Shown piece by piece: positions 22,861 to 36,158 of a DNA stretch of 64,000 nucleotides. The position numbers and the translations under genes are program-made. The stretch is taken from positions 12,075 to 76,074 of the forward strand of contig JAUCBJ010005165.1 of the NCBI GenBank assembly GCA_032718475.1, given 5' to 3'. Every line of letters starts with the position of its first letter. Position 1 is the first letter of the stretch. This stretch comes from Nemertoderma westbladi. Taxonomy: Eukaryota; Animalia; Xenacoelomorpha. The notes under the pieces were generated by a model. The model was not told where the DNA came from, made no database searches, and saw only the letters and a list, made by a program, of their open reading frames with translations.

Positions 22861-23439
22861 CAGCACTACACGCCATACTGTACCACGTTTAAATGGTGCA
22901 AATAATACACTATAATTACAATATTTGGTGCGATTAATTTATAACATTCCATGTAGAGTAGTAATAGTTAGTGTAGTGCTATAATGTGAATAATTAATAT
23001 ACAGTATGTAAAGAGCCCCCCCCCCCCCCCCCCCCCCCCCCATTATGTAGTCTAGACTGTCACCGGTACAGGTGTCAGCAGTAGTACATACTGTTTGTGC
23101 TTTTGCTGTACCGATATAATTTCTGTTGTTGACCATTTACCCTACAGCTAGTAAAAGGCCTATGGCCGAAATATTGCTGGAAATATTAATTAATTAGTTT
23201 TATTAATTGATTATCAGTGGGTCACGTGTAAAAAGATATCTATCCTATCCACTCTAGATAAATATAGCTAATTGTTTATCGATTGTTAATGAAGCCAACC
23301 ATCCCAACAATAGTGTTGGTATTGAGTATTTAGATTATCTGCGCTTTATCGCCCATCAATCAACGGCAAGAGTAGGTTATTTACAAATTGTTTACAACCT
23401 AATAATGTACCAGCGACCGGGCCAGGCCGGCCAAAGCTT

Positions 23440-24300
23440 AACATTTCTCCAAATCATTTGAGCTACTCAAATAAATTGGTTTCAAGTGGTCTGAAATAGC
23501 AGTGATGTTTGGTATCAGCCGATCTACCATTCAGGGTCGAGTTTGAGAGTTTGATTTAGCAATCCGTGGAAGATATATCAATATCAGTGTTGGTGATCTT
23601 CCTAGTATCATTGCCCAAATTTATAATCAATTCCCTCATGCCGGCTGAAGATTTGTTAATACCCTAATGAGGGAGAAAAATATTTATGTGCCATTTGAGT
23701 GTGTTTATCGACATTTACGACAAATTAATCCAGTATTATCAGCAGCAAGATGGGGTTGGGGTGCAAATATAGTGTCAAGGCAGCTAATTCACTGTGGCAC
23801 ATAAATGGTCACCATAGCCTAATACGCTGGAATATTGTGGTACATGGTGGAATTGATGGTTTTTCAAGGTTAATTACTTATCTTAGAGCATCTGGAAATA
23901 ATCGGGCAGATACAGTATTACCATTATTCGAAGAAGCAGACGTCTTTGGTGAGATGTTTTTCGTACAGTTATCATTGTTTTTTATGAATTTTTTTGTTAG
24001 AAGATAATCATCACTTAGATATATACAATGCCGCTGATATTTATTGCTTACATGTTGCCTTTAAGCACCAGATAAACATAGCGCTCGAGCAATTCGTTTA
24101 GACATGGAATCGTCATGGTTTGCTAACAGAAAACTATTAGTCGCCAATAAAAATTTTTGTAAATAGTAAATTGAACTGTGTTGATAATACTGACGAAACC
24201 ACGGATATAGAAACATATGGGTGGATTGGGAATGGCCCATTGTTGCACGAAGAAGAATCTGTGGTTGATGTTTCAGATCTAATTGCACCCATTATATTAC
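23440..24300 (+). mobile_element. IS3EU-like DDE transposase relic
   Basis: HTH-like GFKWSEIAVMFGISRSTI, then YSVKAANSLWHINGHHSLIRWNIVVHGGIDGFSRLITYLRASGNNRADTV; disrupted frames. Confidence 0.7.
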
Positions 24301-24361
24301 TGTCGATAGTACTTTGTACTTTGTACATAGGTATAGTGAATCGTCAAAACCAATCCCTTAA

Positions 24362-27356
24362 CCCTGTATGTCCCACTGAGACCTACAGGTAACAACTTCT
24401 ATTCTTCACTACTACAGCCGCGTTTCAGCATTGTGTGGTTTCTTGATTGGTTGCATGGGTTCATTTGTTATCCAAGTTACCCAATCAGCGTCATCTTGGG
24501 TCAGAGGCAATCTCAAACTGAATATTAAATCATTTGTGTCTCGTGGACAGAGTTATTCCAAGTAGTGTTCAAGTGCTGATTGTGCAATCCAAAAAAGCAA
24601 ATCGAGTGCAATTATTTGATTCAGAAAAATTATTTTGGTGAAGATTCATCATTATTTTACTTAATTATACCAAAATTGATGCAAGGTATAGTACTATGAA
24701 GAATTCACAGCCAAAATTTCAGTCGTTACTTTAGGGTAACGGTGGGCCACTCTGACATCACTTTTTGTGCTAAATGTGAACTGGTCAATAAATTGATATA
24801 CAATACTCTCTTATGATTCCACGTTGTTTTGTACACCTAGGTAAAGAATAAGTTTGCTGACTAAACTACTAAATATATTATTATAAATAGATATTAATAA
24901 ATAGTCGGAATATTCAATAAATAGATAGAAATGTTCGTATTCTCTGTACAGCTGTGCGTAAGTTACACTGTAGAAACGTATTTGATGATATGGATACTGG
25001 AAAATTTTATGGAACACATTATAAAAACTCTCATGTTGAGGTGTCCATACCGTCAGATGATAGCGACGATCAACTGATGAGTGATTCTGGCAGCGAGGAT
25101 GATGCATATGGTGATACAAACTGGAGTGATGAAGGTGATGACTCTGACGAATCAGACGAACGCGATGATGACGTCATTATAGAGTTCGAGGAAATAGAGG
25201 ATGTACTAGCAGATCCAACGATCAATACCGATGATGAGAACATACAGCCAAATCAGATAGAGGTAGATGCGCCAGGGGAGACAGTACATCATACAGAGGA
25301 CGAACAGAGTAGTGGTGGCGATGTGCAGGTCGAACCAAAGACAAACAAGAAATCTAAGAAGAATGTAGTCAACCGGAAGTATTATAGGACAAAGACGATT
25401 TCTGCAGAGCCGAAATGGCTGGGTAGTTTACCTGATGTAGATGATGTTCTAGAACCAATCAGATATTTCAAGAAGCTTCTCAAAGATGATGTGTTGAAGG
25501 AAATAGTTTTCCAGACTAATGTGTACTCTGCAGAAAAACGCCTTGATAAACAAATAAATATAACACGAAACGAAATTGAACAGTTCATAGGAATTTGCTA
25601 CTATATGTCTGTGTACGGTCTTCCTAGATGCAGATCATATTGGCAGGCCGGTACAAGAGTTGATAAAGTTGTCAACACAATGATGACGTGCAATCACTGG
25701 GAGAGTATAAAAAGAGATCTACACTTGAATGACAATAGTAAGCAAATCGCTAAGGGGTCTCCTGGGCACGATAAAATTTTCAAAATCCGACCACTGGTTA
25801 CTGCTCTCCAGACCAGTCTAAGAGACATTCCAAAGGATGAAGAGCTTTGTGTGGATGAACAGATGGTGCCATTCAAGGGGAAAAATAAAAGCGGAATAAA
25901 GCAATATATGCCCAAGAAACCAAAGAAGTGGGGCTATAAGCTGTTTGTTCTTTGTGATAGCCATGCTATGGCTTACGATTTCGATATTTACACGGGAAAG
26001 ATCGAACCGATTGCTGGACGGCCTGACATTGGGGTAAGTAGTAATATAGTAATTCAACTAGCTGTTGGCATACCTAGACACATGTCATACAAACTCTTTT
26101 TTGACAACTGGTTTACTAGTGTTATTCTCCAGGTGACACTGGCCAATGAAGGAATATATTGTCTTGGGACAGTCAACGAGAACAGATTAGGTGACTGCCC
26201 TCTGCCCACGGATAGCGCAATGAAGAAGAAAGGTCGTGGATACCATGAGGAACTGAGATTTACTGTAAAAGGAGTTGACTTGCGCATTGTAAAGTGGTTT
26301 GATAACCGTTGTGTTACTCTCTTATCAACATTCTCTTCCACGAATCCGACGTCTCTTGTAAAACGGTGGTCTAAACTAACTAAATCATTCATTGAAGTAG
26401 ATCGCCCACGTATTGTTGGCACGTACAATAGCTTCATGGGTGGGGTTGATACACTGGATTCTTTGTTGAGTTTGTATAGGATACGAATACGGTCTAGGAA
26501 ATGGTACCTTTGATTGGTCTTCCATTTCCTCGATTTTGTCTGTGTCATTGCTTGGCTCTTGTACCGACGTGACTTGCGTAGCTGTAATCCAGCACAAAAA
26601 CCAATTCCACTCCCTATTCAAGACGACATTGGCCGAGACCCTGTGTGCATGTGGAAAGTCTGTCTGCAACAAGCGACGAGGGCGACCAAGTCTAGAAATT
26701 GAAAACGGTATTCTTCAGAAGAAAGCGCGATCAATAACCGTTGGTCTGTTGCCTTCCATGGCAGTTCGACAATGGCAGTTGGCCACTGGCCTGTGTTCGC
26801 TGAGAAAAGGGGACGGTGCAAGAATCCAGACTGTGTTGGGGTTCCTAAGATTATGTGTGAGAAGTGTAGTGCGGTGTCTGGAGGAAAGGTATATTTGTGT
26901 CTTGGACTGGACCGTAACTGTTTCAAATGCTTCCATTGTGATTGATAACGAATTGGGTATCTATCAATTTTGGTAATTGCTATCGCATTGATGTTGAATT
27001 GATGTTTGGTTTTCGATATTACATACAGTACAGGGATACAATTTTAGTTGAAAATCTATAATTTTGTATATAATGTAGAGTGCGGAGCAGAATAATACAG
27101 TTTGTACATTTCTGCATATTTTACACATGAACACAAAATGAAAAAAGTTGTCGCATAATATGTTTCCAACTTTTTCACAAAATTTTTTTCAAACTCCTAA
27201 ATTTCATTTCTTAATGGCCCACCGTGACCCACCATCTTCATAAATTAAATATTTTGAAATTTTTTGATGAATATCATCTCATTAGGTTCATTTTAATGTG
27301 AAAGTTATGAAAAAAAAAATTTTGGGACATGGCATCATAATTCGGGCTATAGAGGG
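24362..27356 (+). mobile_element. Full-length piggyBac-family DNA transposon
   Basis: TTAA at 24358-24361 and 27357-27360. Termini CCCTGTATGTCCC and GGGCTATAGAGGG. Subterminal inverted repeat gggtaacggtgggcca (~24734) / tggcccaccgtgaccc (~27215). Confidence 0.9.
24990..26945 (+). pseudogene. piggyBac (PGBD-type) transposase, open for ~507 codons, then a TGA at 26511 and two frameshifts before the Cys-rich tail
   Basis: DDD motifs CVDEQMVPFKG, FFDNWFTS, YNSFMGGVDTLD. Acidic N-terminus. C-terminal GHWP..RGRCKNPDC..CEKC..YLCL..RNCF..FH in a shifted frame. Confidence 0.9.
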
Positions 27357-28559
27357 TTAACACCACATAGTACCACATACTCACAGACTGAGAACTGTTT
27401 CGAGATTAGTTGGCCACTGCCTGTTACGGAAACATTGTAGTATTTATGTTAAAGCATATTGTATTGTTTGTTTTTAAAATATTAATTAAGTACGAATTGT
27501 GGTGGTTTTTTAAGATGGGGGGGGGGGGGGACTGAACGCAATAAAAATTCATCCCTCTCCAGTGGAAATTCGACGCAAATAGCAGCTGATTACTCTCAAA
27601 TATAAAACTGTAACCTGTTCTATTGTGTTTAGTTTATTGATTTGGTTAAAAATAACGTACCACTGTAACCTGCTCCTTTCCCTAAATTGAGAATTTAACT
27701 TTGAGGTAAGATATTAATTCGCCAAGATTGGATTTGCGCCCAGTTCCCCCCCCCCCCCCCCCCCCTGTCTCGGTTTTTTTGTGGTGGAGTGGTCACACGC
27801 TTTACCGCTACCTCCCCTCCAATCTTACAATATTACAACACCCCCCCCCCCCCCCCCCCACCCTCCATCTGGACATACATATCTCTATAGGATGGAATAA
27901 AGTATATTTCTTCCGTTGGCCAAATATTTGAACTAGAACACTAAACTAATGAAATTAAACATATAAATAATTATTAACTGTATTTATTCAGAGGATTTTC
28001 TAATTTTGAATTAAATCATTAAAAGTACAAAAGTCTGAATTATATACCATAAAACAATTGGATCAATTAACTTAATTATTATGGGGCAATATATATTTTA
28101 AATAAAATGAATGTAAAATCTATGCATGAAACTAATATAAAAAGACAAACGAAATAATAAATAAATTCATAAATAATTACAAAACTCGTCAATTTGTTAT
28201 CTCTATCTGAATAATAACATTATTATAACTATTAGGGCTGGGTTTATTTAATGCATTTTGAAACGAGGTACAGGAAACAAAACAAAAGCTTTTTTGTAGA
28301 GTATTATTATATAATATAAATAATTGCTAAAAAAAAAGCCTAAAAACTGTCTGCCATAGTAATTTCGTCCATCATGATCCATTGTATGTATAGATGTTCC
28401 AAAATGACAAGTTAGTTTATTTGAATTTTGAACATACAAGTAGCATGAAGTTGAGATGTGATTATTACTATTATTATTTCATGTTATGCTAAACAATGAT
28501 TGGTAAGTAAAATACATGTTAATTATAATATTAATATTTATTGAACTGTTGTGCTGCAG

Positions 28560-28685
28560 ATATAGATGAATGTTCTGAAAATACTGATAATTGCCACAGC
28601 CAGCATGCAGACTGCATAAATTATGGCGGTGGGTTCTCTTGCGCATGCCATACAGGCTATGAAGGGGATGGTGTTTCATGTACAG
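28560..28685 (+). CDS. Exon 5, cbEGF 2
   Basis: [42 protein letters not shown]; tgcag| and |GTAAGC; phase 1-1. Confidence 0.92.
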
Positions 28686-28795
28686 GTAAGCAAAATGAAC
28701 ATTTTGCTGTTAGGATGTAGACATATATATATAATATAAGGATATATCATGAAAACTAAATTGTTTCTTTTCATTATTGTAATGCATGTTTACAG

Positions 28796-28921
28796 ACATA
28801 GATGAATGTTCTGAAAATATTGATGATTGCCACAACAATCATGCTGACTGTACAAATACTGATGGAGGATTCACTTGCTCCTGCCATGGAGGCTATTCAG
28901 GGGATGGTGTATCATGTACAG
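28796..28921 (+). CDS. Exon 6, cbEGF 3
   Basis: [42 protein letters not shown]; tacag| and |GTAATG. Confidence 0.92.
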
Positions 28922-29174
28922 GTAATGTAACTAATATATTTTCACATATGATTTATCTTTAACCCCTGATTGAATCTATTTAACTTTAGATGCTATGCTA
29001 TCTAATGTTTGATAAGAAACCAACCTATCAGAACAATTTATGGTACCTAAAGATTATAATCAATCAGAAGCCTGATCCCAAACTCTGTAGGTGTTTTAGA
29101 GGGGGGTGGTGATTGGTGATTACTATATTCATAGTTCATTCTAATTTTAATGAAATGTTGTTGTGTTGCTGCAG

Positions 29175-29297
29175 ACATTGATGAATGTTCTGAGAATACT
29201 AATGATTGCCACGAAAATGCAGACTGTACTAATACGGATGGTGGATTCTCGTGCTCTTGCAGAACAGGTTACTCCGGGGATGGTGTTTCATGTACAG
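29175..29297 (+). CDS. Exon 7, cbEGF 4
   Basis: [41 protein letters not shown]; tgcag| and |GTAAGG. Confidence 0.92.
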
Positions 29298-30918
29298 GTA
29301 AGGAATACAAATAGATGTTTTTATGAAAAAAAAACAAATCAAAAACAAAACATCAAATTAATAATCTCCTAATATGTAATCTATATAGCTTTTTTGGAAT
29401 GCTCAAATTATTCACTGTCCATCAGTATGTCTCCAAAAAAATAGAACCTACTATCTGACATATTATCATACTATCTGACACCATCCTATTCCACATTCTA
29501 CATAACAGCCTTGTCGAGGCGTTTATGGGAGACTAACCTGAAAATGCCTAGCAAGCCGTTATGTAGTTCTTATGAGTGTTATCAATGCCTCGGGATACCT
29601 GCCGCATAGCAGGAACACTCACAAAAGTATGGGGGTATATATATATTATCTAATATATATATCTTAATGAGATCTACAATTAGTTACTGTAAGTATAAAG
29701 CATCAGCTCTTACAAACTGCTTCAAAGGGGCGCGATAGTTACGTGTAAACCGTTCTGTTATATTGTGTTGTTGGCTAGTAAATGTACGTATGACTTACAT
29801 ATATCAAACGTAGGACACTACGTTGGCCTAGTGCGTGATAACCGCACGGTTTACTCGAATCACTTGCTTTGCTGGTAAATAATAGTTACTAGTTGGGAAT
29901 AATATAGCAGTACTATGGACACACACATTCGCATTAAATGAACCGAATCTTATTACTGACAGGACGCAATATACACTCACGGTGTGGAAATCTAGTTTGT
30001 CTGATCTCTGGTCCAATATATTCATCAACAATTAATGCAATAATAGTAAATGCAAACATAAGTTATAAATTGCAAATGATTAGTGATTAGTTACAAATTG
30101 CAAGTGACTAGGTAAAATATTGCAGGCCACTGTAACTAACGTGGCTTGCTGGGCTATAAAATAGATGTAAAGTACCTGAAAATGGTATTAGGTTAAGCCT
30201 ATCGTGTCAAGGATGGACACTGATTATATATGGATACAAACAACGCCCAGTGAAAATAGAACAGCCAATAAGACGCAAGAATACCGGCTTCGGTAGTTAC
30301 CAATGAGAGTTCAGTAATACCACAACTGTTGTTAGGCAACATATAAACAACTTTATGGGCTATTCAATACGCGTGAAGCACAAATATTAGATGCACTGAA
30401 ACCGAATGATAATCTGAATAAAAATATAAGATTTCTGCGTACAGTTAGCATTGGCAGCAAAACCGTTCCCTAAAATCATGTACAAGTTCATAACACAATG
30501 TGTTAAATGACACAATGTTGGGTGTTTTCTAAAATTCGCACCGAAAGAGGTATATACAAACTTTCAACAATTAAATCATGTTGATATCAAATACTCGCTA
30601 CATACAATTAAATATGATAAACAATCTGACTAAATTAAACGAAGTTAATTAGGTAGGTCAACTTTCTCATATAAACAATAAAGTTCGTTAGGTCACTTCC
30701 GATGAAACTAAGTAAGTATTAAACAGTCTTTCAAAAAATACTAGAGTTTGATGTATTTACAGATACCTTTAGGTACGTAAATAAGTAATTTGAGTCATAT
30801 TATCTCTTTAGGTACTAATATAGCTATACATATTGTTCATTATTTACAAATATGATAGTTTGCGAACAGGTACAGGGATTTCATAAAGTTCAACAGGCTA
30901 ACTAATAATAATCTTATA

Positions 30919-32760
30919 TTATCGCTTTCGTTTGGGGTACTTGGGAGTACTGCGCATAAAGAGTCGTTTCCTCCTTTTCGCGGGTGTCCGGGGCGCAGGC
31001 AGCGCAAGGTCGTCGCTCGAAATCGTCTCGTCGGGACCTGGGTGTATCTCCACCGCGTCAGGCATCGGAGAACTCGGACGATCAGTATATGTTCCGGTGG
31101 AGGTGCCGGGTAAGGACAGGAACTCAGCCGGTCTCGTGGCGCGTGAGTCGACAGGCAGTCGACAGAATCCCGGTTCCAGGGGAGCGGCTAAGCACTTCCG
31201 CACAGCAGTTTGCACTGGTCCGGAGGGGACAGTTTGGGTAGCAATACCAAACGGAAACTGTTGGCTGGGGAAAATTCTCGGAGGCACAGCGTGTGGGACC
31301 GGTCCTCACGATGAACGTGTTCTTGGAAGGCTCGATGCTGTGGAAGCAGCTCGGGATGTCTCTCCAGGAAGTGGGGACCATAAAACGGGAGTCTTTAACG
31401 TCTTAAAATGGGAGAATTTGATTGTTGTAAGACGTCACGTCACATGTTCTGGATGTATTTCTCGAAGAAAACGTCGGACGAAACGGGTATTGGTGCAGGA
31501 GGCTACACGGTTGAGGAGTTTGTAGCTGGGTATCCAAGCACATTGGACGTCAGTGGTGCAAATAAAAGGGGTAAGGAAATGTCGAAAGCATTCGAAGTTC
31601 AAGAATTTACCGAATTCATTTAGCTTGGCAAGTTGGGTTCCTAATAGCAACGGGTGCGCTCTTAACGTATGGCTACATACGTCCGCAAGCCATCCAGATA
31701 ACGCTTGGTTTTCGAATATGAGGTACATTGCCAATGAGGTGCGCAAGGGGACACTCATAAAACTATACACGGCACCGGGAGCGGTGAGTGGTCCCTGAAA
31801 ATAATAGGGCGAATATGCGTCACCATAAACTTGAGAATACGTCTCACGATTGGTCTCCTTGAAGTTCCAATCGTACTCCTGAAACGCGATATGGCCGGAG
31901 GAAGTACGATCAACTCGGTTATATGTATCGTTAGCGATGCGTCGATACATAACTCGGAAGAAGCCGCGAGATTGCACCCAAGGAAGGATAACTTGAGTGT
32001 CGACGAAGGGATATGGTATATCGTGGACAATAGGAAAATCATCCGTTAAGTCCTGATATATGGCTGAACCGAGTTTGTAGACGGATTCATCCAACAGAAT
32101 GTCTAACACTGGTTGCGGTAACAAAGCGGCGTCGATTCCCATAGCCGGGTGTCAGTGTGTGTCATTGACATAAGCCTCCGCTTTAACAAATTGTTGATGT
32201 CTCGCACGGCGTTGATAAGCAGTCAAGGCGGGGAAAGCGCTATCGGGTCAGGGTGAATACCTTTGGGATAATGAGTTTGTTGAGTTTGGGCCGCCGCTAT
32301 ATTTAAATAAGTTTCCCAAAGGAACGTAACTAAGTCTTCGAATTTAGCCACATTATCGCTGGTTTCCGCATCGTTCGCCGACATGGTATCTCGGATGGCG
32401 TCTTCCTTATCTATCCGAGCAGTGTCCTCCCATTGTTTCTGTACATGATAATGCCACATTTCCATGTCTTGTCGCTCATGAACATCTTCGGAGTATACAA
32501 GATCGCTCGGATGTCCAGATATGACAAACGGTTTATAAGATCCATCTATATTAGTATACCTGTCCATAAAGGCGCGGTAATGCAGTCGCTCTGATATCTC
32601 TACCGGGGACATTAGAGGTTCCGTATACTGTTGCGGTACTCCGGAGTCCGGGTGTCAACAAATCCTCCATCATCTCTCGCATACCTCGATGATATTCCTC
32701 TGAAAGCTGTTGTCGCTGCGTATTAACATTATCCATTGAATCATCCTTAGAAGTATCCAT
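30919..32760 (-). pseudogene. Decayed ~614-codon orphan ORF inside an unidentified intronic insertion
   Basis: The listed ORFs 32551-32781, 32223-32612, 31435-32142 and 30919-31287 chain together. Three in-frame TGA stops at 32152-54, 31435-37 and 31306-08, plus two compensating frameshifts. Ends KRRKRLFMRSTPKYPKRKR-TAA. No recognised domain. Confidence 0.55.
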
Positions 32761-34004
32761 TATTGTTATTGTGAGAAACAAATATACTATTAGTCCAACA
32801 AAGGCGAGCCAAAGAGTTAATTATTGTTATTAGAGTTTATATGGGTCGGCAATGGTAAGCCGCCCTCTATCCCCAGCCCGACACGGACCCGAGCTGCCCC
32901 TGGCCACGTTAGCACCGCTACGTCAATCCCCTATCCAACAGCAGGCGTGGATGAATGGGTGGATGATGCAACGGCTAACGCGCAGGAAAGCTCGAGGCCG
33001 GTCTTATCCAAGGGCTATTCGTCGGGGAATCTAATATCACAGTGCAATTGCAGTTAGTCAGCAATAGGGTTTCGGTTCGCTATAGTAAACACACGTAGAA
33101 TAGTTGCTATTCATACTGTCATGCAAACTAACGCACACAATATCGCAACACACACGAATATTTATCATAAATCTACTATTTCCCGAATGTTGATATTAGT
33201 TTCCATGGATACTCACTAAATAAATTTAAAGGTATTAAATTTAGGGTTGCGCGAGCGATGCACCAGTGTCCCAATGTTCTAAATTAGTTATTAATTTATC
33301 GAAGGTCAACATTTGGTAAATATAGCGGTAGAATAGGGTATTACTCATTCACACAGATCTGGGTTTACTGTGATATTATTACATCTTTGTTGGTTATTAT
33401 TTAGTTTATTTATTTGTTGGAAGTGTTTGTCTGTATAGTATTGGTGTTTATACTATAGTGATATTAATGTCATAATTAAGGGTTGGTGGTATTAAGCTAT
33501 TAATAAATAACATAATAAAGATTTACGCGATCTGGTGGCTTAAACTAAGTTTACTCAATCATTTGGGAGAGAGCCACAAAATAGACTGCGACCGTTCCCG
33601 TAATGCTCATTATTACAGTGACTTGAACGGATTTATATGGATGTGATATTGTATTAATCAATATTGAGCTATGTTGGTTCTTGAAGTTTCAAGCCAACTA
33701 ATTGACATCTCTTACTGTACTCTGGCAATTGACAAGAAGCGGGAGTAGTAATTAAGACTCGGCATTCAAGTGTGATTGGGCCGTCATAATACAGTAAGAC
33801 CAAGGTTTGTTATTGTCATGCGCCATGTTTAATAATGACTTATCATGACTATTACGGTTTATTATAATTTTATTTGTTACTCCCTTTGTACTCGGGTTAT
33901 ACAAGAAGTGGCGGGCCGTCTCCAGAATTTACCCAGAGTTTGGTTTAACCGAAATAAAGGATATGGATTCCGCATTCAATTGTATTATCACCGTCACCAT
34001 ACAT

Positions 34005-34988
34005 TTAACCCTATTAAACCCGGGGAGGTCAATATGACCCCCCCCCCCCCCCCCCACCGTGGTTTTTTTTATTATAATTCTGAAACAAACGCAGTTGGGA
34101 ATCTGAAAATTTATGACTTTTCCTAAAAATCGATTGTCTTCCTAGTAGTGAAAACCGTTTTCAAAAATATTGGGTAGTTTTCGAGTTATAGCACCCTTTT
34201 TTAACCCTACTTTTGGCACTTTTTTTGAGACGTTTTTTGAAAATTACATTTCATTAAATATGGATTGAAACATCTCTATTTTTTATTTACACTGGATTTT
34301 TGGTGTTAGCAATTGGATGGAATTCATATAAATTGATTTAGAAATTTCAAAGTTGTTTTTTTCGGCGGGTGCTAATTTTTGGTGCCAGCACCAAATTTTG
34401 AAATATGTCAATTTTGTAAATTGATTGTTTAAAACTTGTTTTTTACGCAATTGGGGTTTTTTGGTGTTCTGGTTTCGACGAATTATATACGAGTTACACC
34501 AAGCGTATCAAACTTGTATTTCTCGATGCTGTGTGCAAATTTTGGTGCTAGCACAAAATTTTGAAAATCCATTCAATAGATAAAATTGCTTGTGACAATT
34601 TATTTCTTGCGTTTTAGAGGTTTATGGCTGTTCTGAATTCAATGGAATATATAATTATCAAACTAGACATCTTAAACTTGTATTTTTCGGAAGTGGGTGC
34701 AAAATATGGTGCTAGCACCAAATTTTGAAAATCATCAAATATATAAATTGATTGTGTCATCTTGTTTCTTGCGTTATAAGGGTTTGTGAGGGTTCTGAAT
34801 TCAATGGAATCAGTAAAAAATTCATAAGAGTTTTCAAACTTGTATTTTTTGCCGGTGGGTGAAAATTGTTGTGCCAGCATCAAATTTTGGAAAATAAGCA
34901 AATTGATCAGGATATTGTATCATCTTGTTTCTCGCGTTATACGGGTTTATGAGTGTCCTGAATCAGATGGAATCAATAAAAACAGAAC
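34005..34988 (+). mobile_element. Left part of a non-autonomous TTAA-type DNA transposon with internal subrepeats
   Basis: Begins ttaaCCCTATTAAACCCGGGG..GTCAATATGACCCC; repeated ggtgc(t/c)agcaccaaattttgaaa modules; no right end seen. Confidence 0.5.
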
Positions 34989-35420
34989 TGAAAATAATAT
35001 AAAAAGACAAACCAAATAATAAATAAATTCATAAATAATTACAAAACTCGTCAATTTGTTATCTCTATCTGAATAATAACATTATTATAACTATTAGGGC
35101 TGGGTTTATTTAATGCATTTTGAAACCAGGTACAGGAAACGAAACAAAAGCTTTTTTGTAATGTATTATTATATAATATAAATAATTGCTAAAAAAAAGC
35201 CTAAAAACTGTCTGCCATAGCAATTTCGTCCATCATGATCCATTGTATGTATAGATGTTCCAAAATAACAAGTTAGTTTATTTGAATTTTGAACATACAA
35301 GTAGCATGAAGTTGCAATGTGATTATTACTATTATTATTTCATGTTATGCTAAACAATCATTTGTAAGTAAAATACATGTTCATTTTAATATTAATATTT
35401 ATTGAACTGTTGTGCTGCAG

Positions 35421-35546
35421 ATATAGATGAATGTTCTGAAAATGCTGATAATTGCCACAGCCAGCATGCAGACTGCATAAATTATGGCGGTGGGTTCTCT
35501 TGCGCATGCCATACAGGCTATGAAGGGGATGGTGTTTCATGTACAG
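35421..35546 (+). CDS. Exon 8, cbEGF 5 (duplicate of exon 5)
   Basis: [42 protein letters not shown]; intact splice sites. Confidence 0.9.
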
Positions 35547-35656
35547 GTAAGCAAAATGAACATTTTGCTGTTAGGATGTAGACATATATATATAATATAA
35601 GGATATATCACGAAAACTAAATTGTTTCTTTTCATTATTGTAATGCATGTTTACAG

Positions 35657-35782
35657 ACATAGATGAATGTTCTGGAAATATTGATGATTGTCATAACAAT
35701 CATGCTGACTGTACAAATACTGATGGAGGATTCACTTGCTCCTGCCATGGAGGCTATTCAGGGGATGGTGTATCATGTACAG
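35657..35782 (+). CDS. Exon 9, cbEGF 6 (duplicate of exon 6)
   Basis: [42 protein letters not shown]; intact splice sites. Confidence 0.9.
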
Positions 35783-36035
35783 GTAATGTAACTAATATAT
35801 TTTCACATATGATTTATCTTTAACCCCTGATTGAATCTATTTAACTTTAGATGCTATGCTATCTAATGTTTGATAAGAAACTAACCTATCAGAACAATTT
35901 ATGGTACCTAAAGATTATAATCAATCAGAAGCCTGATCCCAAACTCTGTAGGTGTTTTAGAGGGGGATGGTGATTGGTGATTACTATATTCATAGTTTAT
36001 TCTAATTTTAATGAAATGTTGTTGGGTTGCTGCAG

Positions 36036-36158
36036 ACATTGATGAATGTTCTGAGTATACTAATGATTGCCACGAAAATGCAGACTGTACTAATACGGAT
36101 GGTGGATTCTCGTGCTCTTGCAGAACAGGTTACTCCGGGGATGGTGTTTCATGTACAG
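36036..36158 (+). CDS. Exon 10, cbEGF 7 (duplicate of exon 7)
   Basis: [41 protein letters not shown]; intact splice sites. Confidence 0.9.

Larger units (their letters stand above)
28127..29511 (+). repeat. Intragenic duplication, copy 1 (copy 2 at 34989-36372)
   Basis: Near-identical ~1.38 kb including introns, from tgaaa.taatataaaaagacaaac to ccacattctacataacagcct. Confidence 0.95.

Noticed and set aside
22830-22870. Hammerhead-like CTGGTGA gtaa tc ttac GAAC just after the Penelope GIY-YIG fragment
   Set aside because: Both core boxes carry a mismatch and no stem I partner is visible. It may be a dead relic but cannot be supported.
30932-31525. 197-aa plus-strand ORF and other overlapping ORFs in the GC-rich blocks 17100-20000 and 30900-33050
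   Set aside because: Antisense shadows of GC-rich coding relics, with no motifs of their own.
30919-32760. In-frame TGA codons read as selenocysteine or an alternative genetic code
   Set aside because: Trp is encoded by TGG elsewhere in the frame, frameshifts are also present, and CGA>TGA decay is simpler (the same lesion occurs in the piggyBac ORF).
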